DNA of 64,000 nucleotides from assembly GCA_965203555.1 (NCBI GenBank), contig CBDBCY010000004.1:2240001-2304000 (forward strand). Direction: 5' to 3'. This document shows, one piece after another, positions 49,089-57,528 of the stretch. The notes beneath the pieces were generated by a model, which saw nothing but the letters and a program-made list of their open reading frames with translations, ran no database searches and was not told where the DNA came from. The first letter of the stretch is position 1. Every line of letters begins with the position of its first letter. The translations under genes were made by a program, and so were the position numbers. The DNA comes from Acidimicrobiia bacterium. GTDB taxonomy: Bacteria; Actinomycetota; Acidimicrobiia; Spongiisociales; ZC4RG35.

Positions 49089-49979
49089 TTACAGCCCAAG
49101 GGCCCGCAAGTATTCGAAGGTCCGCCAGGCGGCAGGAAAGGGTTTGTCCGGTGGTGCGGGATACATGTCTTGTTCCACGGTGGCATGACCTTCGAAACCG
49201 GCGTCTTTCAAGGCTTTGGCCATCTCCGCAAAGTCGATCACCCCGTACACCGGCTCGCAGAACACGCCCATCTCGACTGCCTTGGCAAAGGTGATTCCCT
49301 CTCGGCGGACCCGTTGCAGAATCTCCCCATCCACGTTCTTGAGATGGAAGTATTCGGTGCGGTCGGCGTGTTTCTTATAGAACCCGACCGCGTCTCCCCC
49401 TAGATAGGCATGATGGCCGGTGTCCAGACACAGGGCGATCAGTCCCGGGTCGGTGTCAGCCAGGAATCGCTCGATCTGGTCCTCGGTTTCTACGTGGGTC
49501 TCTGCGTGAGGGTGGAACACGGCTCTGAGCCCGTGGTCTGCCGCGATCCCGGCAATTCGATGGGTGGTGTCAATCAGGGCTCGCCATTGGTCGTCGGTCA
49601 GCGTGTCGCTTCGTAATATCTCTCCGGTGAACAGGTCCGAGTAGGTACCGGCGATTACGATCAGGTACCCTGCCCCGACCGAGACCAGGGATTCGCAGGC
49701 GCCGGTGGTCTCCGCTTCCAGTGCGGGCCAATGATCCGGATCGTCCAGGAATCCCATGGTGAAGGTGCCAGAGACCCTCAAGCCGCGGCCAGCCAACTCT
49801 TTTCGCAGAATCTCGGTATCGGTTGGAAGGTATCCGTAAGGGCCAAGTTCAATCCATTCGTATCCCACTGCACTGATCTCATCAAGGCACCGCTCCCACG
49901 GCATCTGGCGCGGGTCGTCGGGAAACCAGATACCCCAAGAGTTGGGTGCGGTTCCAAGTTTTAGTCTTGAGTCGCCCAT
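49089..49979 (-). CDS. iolE: Inosose dehydratase-like TIM-barrel protein
   Basis: APNSWGIWF, ELGPYGYLP, FHPHA, LCLDTGH, HLK, VEQD. Upstream of iolD. Confidence 0.8.
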   Translation of the reverse strand: MGDSRLKLGTAPNSWGIWFPDDPRQMPWERCLDEISAVGYEWIELGPYGYLPTDTEILRKELAGRGLRVSGTFTMGFLDDPDHWPALEAETTGACESLVSVGAGYLIVIAGTYSDLFTGEILRSDTLTDDQWRALIDTTHRIAGIAADHGLRAVFHPHAETHVETEDQIERFLADTDPGLIALCLDTGHHAYLGGDAVGFYKKHADRTEYFHLKNVDGEILQRVRREGITFAKAVEMGVFCEPVYGVIDFAEMAKALKDAGFEGHATVEQDMYPAPPDKPFPAAWRTFEYLRALGL

Positions 49980-49982
49980 CGT

Positions 49983-50933
49983 TCACCTCCTTGGTGCTAC
50001 AGGGGTTTGGAGGAATTCAAGCAAGTTGTCTATGCATTGGTTCAGCATCAACCGGATGGATTTTCTGCTGAGCCCGGCAATGTGCGGAGACACGACGGTG
50101 TTGGGTAGCTGGAGCAGGGGGGAATCCTGTGGCGGTTCCTTCACGAAGACATCCAATCCGGCGCCGGCTACTCGCCCGGACCGGATCGCTTCGGCCAGGG
50201 CTTCCTCATCCACGATGGGTCCCCGAGCGGTGTTGATGAGAATCAATCCGGGTCGGGCTATCGCCAGCTGGCGGTTGCCGATCATGTTGCGGGTGGCCGG
50301 GGTCAAAGGACAGTGGATTGTGATGATCTCGCTCCACTTCATCAACTCCTCAAGGGTGACGAGCGGATAGGGAGAGGCATTGGTGATCTGGGGATCGCAC
50401 ACTCGGATGTCCACTTCAAAGCCCGCCAAGCGCCGGGCAACCGTTTTCCCGATTCGACCGTACCCGATCAGCCCGACACGAGCCCCGGTCAGTTCTCCGC
50501 CGGCAAGTCGGCCTGCCCTGTCCCACAAGCCCCTGCGCACCGCCGCATCGTTGTCCACCAGGCGCCGTACCACCGTCAGAATCAATGCCATTGTATGGTC
50601 GGCGCAGGAGTTGTGATTGGCGCCGGGCGTAGTGACGATTTTTACCCCTGCCTCCCCGGCGGCCTCGGTGTCGATGTTGTCCAAACCCACGCCGGTTCTC
50701 GCTACCACCCTCAGCATCGGAGAAGCGGCGAACACTTCTGCGGTGAACGGGTCGCCGCTGACAATGGCCCCCACGGACCCCGCCAACAGGTTGATCAGGT
50801 CGTCAGGACTCCGCCTTCCGTCGTAAGGGGCGTACCGGACGCGGTATCCGGCCGATTCAATCCGCCCAGCCATGGACGGATCGTCGGGGCGGAAACCGGG
50901 CGAGGTGATGAGGATGACCGGTCGGGCAGTCAC
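49983..50933 (-). CDS. D-isomer-specific 2-hydroxyacid dehydrogenase
   Basis: ARTGVGLDNID, GLIGYGRIG, INTARG, LDVF, SPHIAG. GTG start at 50933 overlaps the upstream stop. Confidence 0.88.
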   Translation of the reverse strand: MTARPVILITSPGFRPDDPSMAGRIESAGYRVRYAPYDGRRSPDDLINLLAGSVGAIVSGDPFTAEVFAASPMLRVVARTGVGLDNIDTEAAGEAGVKIVTTPGANHNSCADHTMALILTVVRRLVDNDAAVRRGLWDRAGRLAGGELTGARVGLIGYGRIGKTVARRLAGFEVDIRVCDPQITNASPYPLVTLEELMKWSEIITIHCPLTPATRNMIGNRQLAIARPGLILINTARGPIVDEEALAEAIRSGRVAGAGLDVFVKEPPQDSPLLQLPNTVVSPHIAGLSRKSIRLMLNQCIDNLLEFLQTPVAPRR

Positions 50934-51184
50934 GATGGGCCTGGGCGGTGGCGGTCGTCGGTAAGTTCCGCGTCGAAAACCCCGATGCCCCACAGGATCA
51001 TTCCTGGGCCCGAGAGGATGAGAATGAAAGGAATTATCAGCCTCTTGAATGAAAACGCACTGCCGGGTTCCTGCGAAGGTTCCCGGTTGAGATCGGTTTT
51101 GCCAGGCCGGGAGACGATGGTGTACAGCAGCAAGCCGATACCGGTCCCCAGCCATATCAGGCCGATCCATCCACCGCTGTCCAT
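50930..51184 (-). CDS. Small two-TM membrane protein, first gene of the iol-like operon
   Basis: AGGAG RBS, two hydrophobic segments, GTGA coupling to the next gene. Confidence 0.65.
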   Translation of the reverse strand: MDSGGWIGLIWLGTGIGLLLYTIVSRPGKTDLNREPSQEPGSAFSFKRLIIPFILILSGPGMILWGIGVFDAELTDDRHRPGPS

Positions 51185-51319
51185 TTTGATCTCCTACTAA
51201 CGGATGTCTAATGATAGGATGTCCTTTCCTATACTCGCCCTTGATGATGTCAGTAGTCGCCGGGGGTATTGACGGAGAGGTTGGGGACTCTTCCTCCCTG
51301 CTGAGCGAGAGGAGTTGGT

Positions 51320-52180
51320 ATGGCGCGATTAGGAGCTTCGATAACCGACTATCTGGGGCAGGTCGACCCCGATGAATATCTCAGGGAGTGTGCAGACCAG
51401 GGTTATCGGTCGGCGCCCTGCCCGGTCATCGACCCTGAGGACACCGAAGTTGTGCGACATGTCCGCCGGGAGTTCGCCAGGGCGGACGTGGTCATTTCGG
51501 AGGTGGCGGCCTGGGTTAACCCCATGGATCCCGATCCTGGCCTGAGAAAGGCGGCCCGAGCCGAAATCACACAAGCCATGGCATTGGCAGACGAGTTGGG
51601 GGCAGCGTGCTGCACTACGGTCTCTGGAGCTTTGGCGTCTGCTGACACGCCCGACTCCCACGTAGGGCATCATCCGGACAATTTCACTGCCGACGCCGTT
51701 GACGCGGTGATCGAGTGGATTCGCGATGTTCTGGCAGCAGTGAAACCCACCCAGAGTTTCCTGACACTGGAGATGTGTCCTTGGGCGATTGTGGACTGCC
51801 CCGAGGTTTATATTGATGTTCTGGATCGGGTGGATGACCCAGGGCTCGCCGTCCATCTCGACCCTGCCAACCACATGACTTCTCCTCGCGCTCTGTTCAA
51901 CTCCGGGGCGGTGATCGAGGATCTTTTCGATCAATTGGGCAAGTGGACCAAGGCCTGCCATGCGAAGGACGTCACCTTCGTGGGGAGTCCTTCCATTGTG
52001 GCGATGAAAGAGGTGCCACCCGGCACCGGATACCTGGATTACGATGCCTTTCTCCGTTGCATGTCACGGCTCGACGGCAATGTCCCTCTGATAATGGAAC
52101 ACCTGCCTGACCGGGAGACATACGCTCGAAGCGGCGCCCGTATCAGGGAAGTGGCCGATGTCCATGGAGTCGCTCTGTAG
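51320..52180 (+). CDS. Sugar phosphate isomerase/epimerase (xylose isomerase-like TIM barrel)
   Basis: LEM, HLDPAN, CHAKD, PGTGYLDY, IMEH. Confidence 0.88.
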   Translation: MARLGASITDYLGQVDPDEYLRECADQGYRSAPCPVIDPEDTEVVRHVRREFARADVVISEVAAWVNPMDPDPGLRKAARAEITQAMALADELGAACCTTVSGALASADTPDSHVGHHPDNFTADAVDAVIEWIRDVLAAVKPTQSFLTLEMCPWAIVDCPEVYIDVLDRVDDPGLAVHLDPANHMTSPRALFNSGAVIEDLFDQLGKWTKACHAKDVTFVGSPSIVAMKEVPPGTGYLDYDAFLRCMSRLDGNVPLIMEHLPDRETYARSGARIREVADVHGVAL

Positions 52181-52261
52181 AACCCGACCGTAAATCTCTC
52201 CAACGTGACATGCACTTTCACGGATCTCTGACACTGCGGATGGGGCGACGCCGGGAAAGGG

Positions 52262-52984
52262 GTGGACTTGAGACCTGAGGCGCAACAAAGGAGGAATGCA
52301 TTGGTAGACCTTGCAGGGGCCTTGGCCGAATGCCGCAGATGTGAACGGCTGGTGGCATGGCGGGAGAAAGTAGCCAGGGAAAAGAGAGCCGCCTATCGCG
52401 ACGAGACCTACTGGGGACGTCCGGTGCCCGGCTTCGGAGATCCGGATGCGCGGCTGGTCTTGGTGGGTCTGGCGCCGGCCGCCCACGGCGCCAACCGCAC
52501 GGGGCGCATGTTCACCGGTGACCGGTCCGGGGATTGGCTGTACCGGGCGCTGCACAAGGCGGGGTTTGCCAATCAGGCCCACTCGACGGGGATTGATGAC
52601 GGGTTGAGTCTTCGGGACGTTTGGGTGACTGCCTCGGTGCACTGCGCGCCGCCGCAAAACCGTCCGCTCGCTGCGGAGACCGCCAACTGCTCTGACTGGT
52701 TGATCGGAGAGTTGAACGAGCTGAAGCGGATGGCAGTGATAGTGGCCTTGGGGGGACTCTCTCACGCCAATCTGCTGCGCCAGGGGCCCCGTTTGGGTTG
52801 GTCGGTCCCCCGGCCGCGGCCAGCGTTCGGCCATGGGACGGTGACACCATTGGAGGGTGGTCCCACCCTGGTCTCCTCTTATCACCCCAGCCAGCAGAAC
52901 ACTTTCACGGGGCGTTTGACGGAGCAGATGTTTGACAGGGTGTTTGCGGTGGTTCGTAGGCTGCTGCAAGGAACAGCCGGATAA
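52262..52984 (+). CDS. udgB: Family 5 uracil-DNA glycosylase (4Fe-4S)
   Basis: CRRC, GLAPAAHGANRTGRMFTGD, HCAPP, YHPSQQN. Confidence 0.9.
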   Translation: MDLRPEAQQRRNALVDLAGALAECRRCERLVAWREKVAREKRAAYRDETYWGRPVPGFGDPDARLVLVGLAPAAHGANRTGRMFTGDRSGDWLYRALHKAGFANQAHSTGIDDGLSLRDVWVTASVHCAPPQNRPLAAETANCSDWLIGELNELKRMAVIVALGGLSHANLLRQGPRLGWSVPRPRPAFGHGTVTPLEGGPTLVSSYHPSQQNTFTGRLTEQMFDRVFAVVRRLLQGTAG

Positions 52985-53069
52985 GCATAATTAGCAATAC
53001 CCGTTTCTTGTAAATGGCGGATTCCCGATAGCATTCGTGCTCGGAACTGCAGGAAAGATCCTTCAAATC

Positions 53070-54332
53070 ATGCTTAGTCTCGACAACCGAACCCTTGAGC
53101 GGTTGAACTCCGAAGCACCCTCGACCTTGACCTCCCAACGCCGAAGGGCGCTGGAGGAGTACCGTCGGCTGGGGATGCCCTCCTCGAAGGAGGAGAACTG
53201 GAAATACGTGGAACTGGGGTTCGACCTGGACGAGATGGGTCTGCCCAGTGGCCCGGGGGATCCCCTCCCTGAGAATGAGTTCGTGGCGGCGTTGAGTAAC
53301 CAGGCGGGCTCAGCGGTGATGGTGGATGGGCGACTGGTGGAGGTTGACAACGACTCGGAAGCCTGGCTCGGATCGGCGATCGAGGCAGGCGGGACCGGCT
53401 CTGCCCTTGACCTTCTGGCCGCCGACACCGACAAGTTCGCCGCCGCCGCTCTGGCGTTCTCGGTGGATGACATCACCCTGCGCATCCCCCGGAACAGGGC
53501 GGTGGACTCGCCGTTTGTGATCGACATCCAATCCACCTGCCCGAATACGGTTACCTTTCCGAATCTGAGCATCCGCGCCGAGGAGAACTCCGAGGCCACC
53601 GTGGTGGTGCTGTTCCGGTCACCGGAGGGAGTGTCAAGTGTTCTCGTGCCCAGCCTGCAGGCTACGGTGGGGCATGGAGCTCGTCTTTCCGTAACCACAG
53701 TGGGTCTCATGGGATCCGAGGGAGCAAACGTCATGCATCATCGGTCGAAGATAGGTCGGGACGCCACTTTGCGGATCGGAGAGATCGGCTTGGGAGGCCG
53801 GCTGGCCCGGATGGATTTGCGCACCTCACTGGCGGGAAGGGGAGGAAGCGTTGAGGTAGTGGGTCTCTACTACGGGGAGATGCGACAGGTGCTGGATTAC
53901 CGGCTGGTGGTTAACCATGTGGGTCCTTCCACCAGTTCGGATGTGTTCCTGAAGGGAGGAGTGCAGGACCATGCCCAGTCGATCTTCACCGGCCTGTTGA
54001 GAATTGAGGAAGATGCGGCGGGCTCGTCGGCGTTCGAGACCAACCGCAACCTGGTGTTTTCCGATGGGGCAAAGGCCAACTCGGTACCCAACCTGGAGAT
54101 CCTGTGCAACGACGTCATCTGCGGACACGGGTCGAGCGTGGGGCCACTGGAGACCGAGCCGCTGTTTTACCTGATGAGTCGGGGCATCAGCAAGGCGCGG
54201 GCCGAGCGAGTCCTTGTGCGAGGGTTCTTTGAGGAGGCGATCGGCCGCCTGCCGCTCGACGACCTCGACGAACCGGCCCGCCAGGCCGTCAACCGGCGTT
54301 TCGCCCTGGCCCAGGAAGGGGGAAGAGTCTGA
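53070..54332 (+). CDS. sufD: Fe-S cluster assembly protein SufD
   Basis: EENWKY, beta-helix, PNLEI, DVICGHG, FYLMSRGI. Confidence 0.92.
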   Translation: MLSLDNRTLERLNSEAPSTLTSQRRRALEEYRRLGMPSSKEENWKYVELGFDLDEMGLPSGPGDPLPENEFVAALSNQAGSAVMVDGRLVEVDNDSEAWLGSAIEAGGTGSALDLLAADTDKFAAAALAFSVDDITLRIPRNRAVDSPFVIDIQSTCPNTVTFPNLSIRAEENSEATVVVLFRSPEGVSSVLVPSLQATVGHGARLSVTTVGLMGSEGANVMHHRSKIGRDATLRIGEIGLGGRLARMDLRTSLAGRGGSVEVVGLYYGEMRQVLDYRLVVNHVGPSTSSDVFLKGGVQDHAQSIFTGLLRIEEDAAGSSAFETNRNLVFSDGAKANSVPNLEILCNDVICGHGSSVGPLETEPLFYLMSRGISKARAERVLVRGFFEEAIGRLPLDDLDEPARQAVNRRFALAQEGGRV

Positions 54333-54661
54333 TGGCCTGGGTCAAAGTGGCCGGACTGGCGGATATGGAGGAGGGGCAAGGCGTGAGGATCTGCCACCAG
54401 GGTCGGGTGGTGGCGGTGTTCCTGGCCGAAGGGGAGTTGTACGCGGTTGATGATCGATGCACCCACGCCGAGGCTTCGCTGTCGGAGGGAGAGGTGTTCG
54501 ACACCGAAGTGGAGTGCCCCCTGCACGGCGCCGTTTTTGATCTGGTCACCGGGGAAGCATTGACCTTTCCGGCCACTCGACCGGTCGCCACCTATCCCAC
54601 CCGGGTGGAGGACGGAAGAGTGCAGGTGCAAGTACCTGAAGACGGACCGGGGGCAGTCTGA
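54332..54661 (+). CDS. Rieske-type ferredoxin
   Basis: CTH ... CPLHG. Confidence 0.93.
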   Translation: MAWVKVAGLADMEEGQGVRICHQGRVVAVFLAEGELYAVDDRCTHAEASLSEGEVFDTEVECPLHGAVFDLVTGEALTFPATRPVATYPTRVEDGRVQVQVPEDGPGAV

Positions 54662-55464
54662 TGGGCGTAGCTCTGAAGGTGCAGGGCTTGCGGGCCTCGG
54701 TGGGGTCGGTCGAGATTCTTCGCGGTGTCGACCTGGAGATTCCCTTTGGACAGATGCATGCCCTGATGGGCCCCAACGGTTCGGGAAAGAGTACGTTGTG
54801 TCATGTCCTGTCCGGTCATCCCGACTTCGTTGCGGAAGGCAAAGCCTGGGTGGACGGTGAAGAGATTCTGGAGTTGGATGCGGATCAACGGGCCCGGCTC
54901 GGTTTGGTCCAGGCTTTCCAGAACCCGGTGGCGGTTCCCGGCGTGGAGTTGGAAGAAATCATGAAGGAGGCGGCCGAGGAGCGAGGCATGGATCCGGAAG
55001 AGACCGATCGGCGGATAGCCGAGGCTTCCAGGCGCTTCGATATGGATTCTTTTTTGGGGCGGTCGGTTAACGATGATCTCTCGGGGGGAGAGAAGAAGCG
55101 CTCGGAGATATTCCAGATCTCGGTTCTGTCACCCAAGGCGGCTCTGTTGGATGAGACCGATTCAGGTCTGGATATCGACATGGTCCGAACGGTGGCCGCC
55201 GCGGTGGAGGAGATGCGTCGCCCTGACATGGGTGTACTGATGATCACCCACCACTCTCGGATTCTCAGCTTTGTAAAGCCCGACCGGGTGCATGTCATGA
55301 TGGGGGGAAAGATCGTCACCTCCGGGGGGCCGGCTCTGGCCCAGGAATTAGAGCAATCCGGCTATGAGGGTTTGCGAAAACGACTGGGGATATCTTCTCC
55401 CGGCGTTGATACGACCACCAAGCCTGCTTTCGACTCCTTTACCGACCTTCCCTTTATCGACTGA
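54661..55464 (+). CDS. sufC: Fe-S cluster assembly ATPase SufC (copy 1)
   Basis: MGPNGSGKST, AFQNP, LSGGEKKR, LDETDSGLDID. Confidence 0.93.
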   Translation: MGVALKVQGLRASVGSVEILRGVDLEIPFGQMHALMGPNGSGKSTLCHVLSGHPDFVAEGKAWVDGEEILELDADQRARLGLVQAFQNPVAVPGVELEEIMKEAAEERGMDPEETDRRIAEASRRFDMDSFLGRSVNDDLSGGEKKRSEIFQISVLSPKAALLDETDSGLDIDMVRTVAAAVEEMRRPDMGVLMITHHSRILSFVKPDRVHVMMGGKIVTSGGPALAQELEQSGYEGLRKRLGISSPGVDTTTKPAFDSFTDLPFID

Positions 55465-55711
55465 CCGCCGCGCCTCGGTTTCCCGGATACTGGGATAGAA
55501 CTCGCACCACAGGATGGTGATCGGCGGGGGTTTGCGGGTACCGCCCCCGTGATGGCTGTGGACGTCCGCCGGCAAGGATGGATCTTGGTTCCCGCCGGTT
55601 CAATGCTTGGAAAGTTGCAATCGTCGCGGCAGAATAGGGAACCAAGGTGAAACGTTTCTTCAGGGTTGACCATAGGTATGAGTTGCCGGTAATGACGATT
55701 GAGGTGTGACG

Positions 55712-57451
55712 ATGGCCCTACCAAGCGAAGGCCAACATGTCCGATACGAGCCACATGAGGACCCGCCGCTTGCGGTAGCCGTCGGCGCCGGCCTGCAAGC
55801 CGCGGCAATAATCGTGACGCCGGTGGTTTTGACTGTTGTGATTGTGGCCCGGATCGCCCAGCAGCCCGAGAGCTACATTTCGTGGGCTGTCTTTGCCGCA
55901 CTGGTCATCAGCGGACTCACCACCGCTGTTCAGGCCAAGCGGATCGGACGGATCGGATCCGGGCATGTGCTGATCATGGGAACGTCCGGCGCCTTCATAG
56001 CGGTGTGCGTGGCGGCTCTGGTAACAGGTGGACCTTCCATGATGGCCGGTCTCATCGTCGTGTCTTCGCTTTTTCAATTCCTGATGGCCAATCGGCTTTC
56101 CCTGTTGCGCAGGGTCTTTACTCCTGTTGTCTCCGGCACGGTGATCATGCTTATCGCTGCCACAGTGGTGCCCGTCGTTTTTGACACTCTGACCGACGTT
56201 CCGGCTGACGTATCCTCGGGTGCTGCTCCCCTTGCGGCGATCGCCACTCTGTTGACCGTTGGGGGGCTGGTATTGCGTGCCCCGCCGGCCTGGAGGCTTT
56301 GGTCGCCGGTGATAGGGATTGCGGTAGGTTGCGCGGTGGCGGTGCCGTTTGGCATCTATGACGTACAACCGATCTTGGATGCCCCCTGGGTGGGCGTGCC
56401 CATCTCGTCCTGGCCGGGATTCGACTTTACTCCAGATGCGGAATTCTGGGCACTGGCGCCGGCATTCGTGGTGGTTACCCTGGTCGGGGCGATCGAAACC
56501 CTGGGCGACGGCGTCGCTATCCAAAGGGTGTCGCGACGCAATCCTGTGGCTACCGACTTTCGGGTGGTTCAGGGCGCCCTCAACGCGGACGGTGTCGGGA
56601 ATCTGCTGTCCGGCATTGCGGGGACCCTTCCCAACACAACCTATTCAACCAGCATCTCGCTCGCCGAGGTCACGGGAATCGCCGCCCGACGAGTGGGTGT
56701 CGTCATTGGTGCGATCTTTGTCGGGGTGGCGTTCTTTCCCAAGATCGGGGCGTTGCTGATTTCGATTCCACCACCGGTGGCAGCCGCCTACATCGTTGTG
56801 TTGGTGGGGATGCTGTTTGTCCAGGGGATGAAGATCATTGTCCAAGACGGGGTCGATCATCGCAAGGCAGTCGTTGCAGGACTGTCGTTTTGGATGGGTG
56901 TGGGTTTCCAGAACGAATGGATCTTTCCGGATCTGTTGGGCGAAGGATTCCTGGGGGTGCTATTCGGCAACGGGATGACTGCCGGCGCGATAGTGGCGAT
57001 CGCGATGATGTTGTTCATGGAGGCGACCGGTCCTAAACGGAAACGGTTGGAAACGGAGCTCGAGTGGGGAGCTTTGCCGAAGTTGGAGGCGTTGTTGCGC
57101 GACTTCGGCGCCGGATGCCGGTGGGATTCCGCTTCTGTGGAGCGGCTGGTACTGGTGGGAGAGGAAACTCTGTCAAGCCTTCTGTCAGAAGAAAGCGATC
57201 CTCAGCATAAGCCCCGCCACATGGTGGTAGGTGTCCGCTTGGGAGGGGAAGGCGCCGAGTTGGAGTTCCTGTGCGCCTCCGGGCGGGAGAATCTGGAGGA
57301 TCGGCTGTCGTTTATGGGAGAACCGCCCGACATACCCGACAGCCGGGAGATGTCGTTCCGGTTGCTGCGGCACTACGCTTCTTCGGTGCGTCATCAAAAA
57401 TATCATGATGTCGACATCGTCACTGTTAATGTGGCGGGATCCCGTGGATAG
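55712..57451 (+). CDS. NCS2 nucleobase permease with C-terminal soluble domain
   Basis: Many TM helices, GTSGAF, FTPVVSGTVI, ETLGD, ADG, PNTTYS, FFPK, plus a tail of about 140 aa. GAGGT RBS before ATG 55712. Confidence 0.88.
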   Translation: MALPSEGQHVRYEPHEDPPLAVAVGAGLQAAAIIVTPVVLTVVIVARIAQQPESYISWAVFAALVISGLTTAVQAKRIGRIGSGHVLIMGTSGAFIAVCVAALVTGGPSMMAGLIVVSSLFQFLMANRLSLLRRVFTPVVSGTVIMLIAATVVPVVFDTLTDVPADVSSGAAPLAAIATLLTVGGLVLRAPPAWRLWSPVIGIAVGCAVAVPFGIYDVQPILDAPWVGVPISSWPGFDFTPDAEFWALAPAFVVVTLVGAIETLGDGVAIQRVSRRNPVATDFRVVQGALNADGVGNLLSGIAGTLPNTTYSTSISLAEVTGIAARRVGVVIGAIFVGVAFFPKIGALLISIPPPVAAAYIVVLVGMLFVQGMKIIVQDGVDHRKAVVAGLSFWMGVGFQNEWIFPDLLGEGFLGVLFGNGMTAGAIVAIAMMLFMEATGPKRKRLETELEWGALPKLEALLRDFGAGCRWDSASVERLVLVGEETLSSLLSEESDPQHKPRHMVVGVRLGGEGAELEFLCASGRENLEDRLSFMGEPPDIPDSREMSFRLLRHYASSVRHQKYHDVDIVTVNVAGSRG

Positions 57452-57528
57452 CTCTATTTGGTTCTCTCCTGCGGCCCCGTGGCCTATGCCGCCCTTACCT
57501 CACCCTGGGTAACTGCCTGCAGCACCGA

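Noticed and set aside
52204-52222. CRP-like site CGTGA...TCACG
   Set aside because: The spacer is 9 nt rather than 6 and the site occurs only once.
55465-55705. Possible riboswitch upstream of the NCS2 permease
   Set aside because: GC-rich pairing is possible, but I could not recognise a purine or xanthine riboswitch consensus. An Rfam/Infernal scan is needed.
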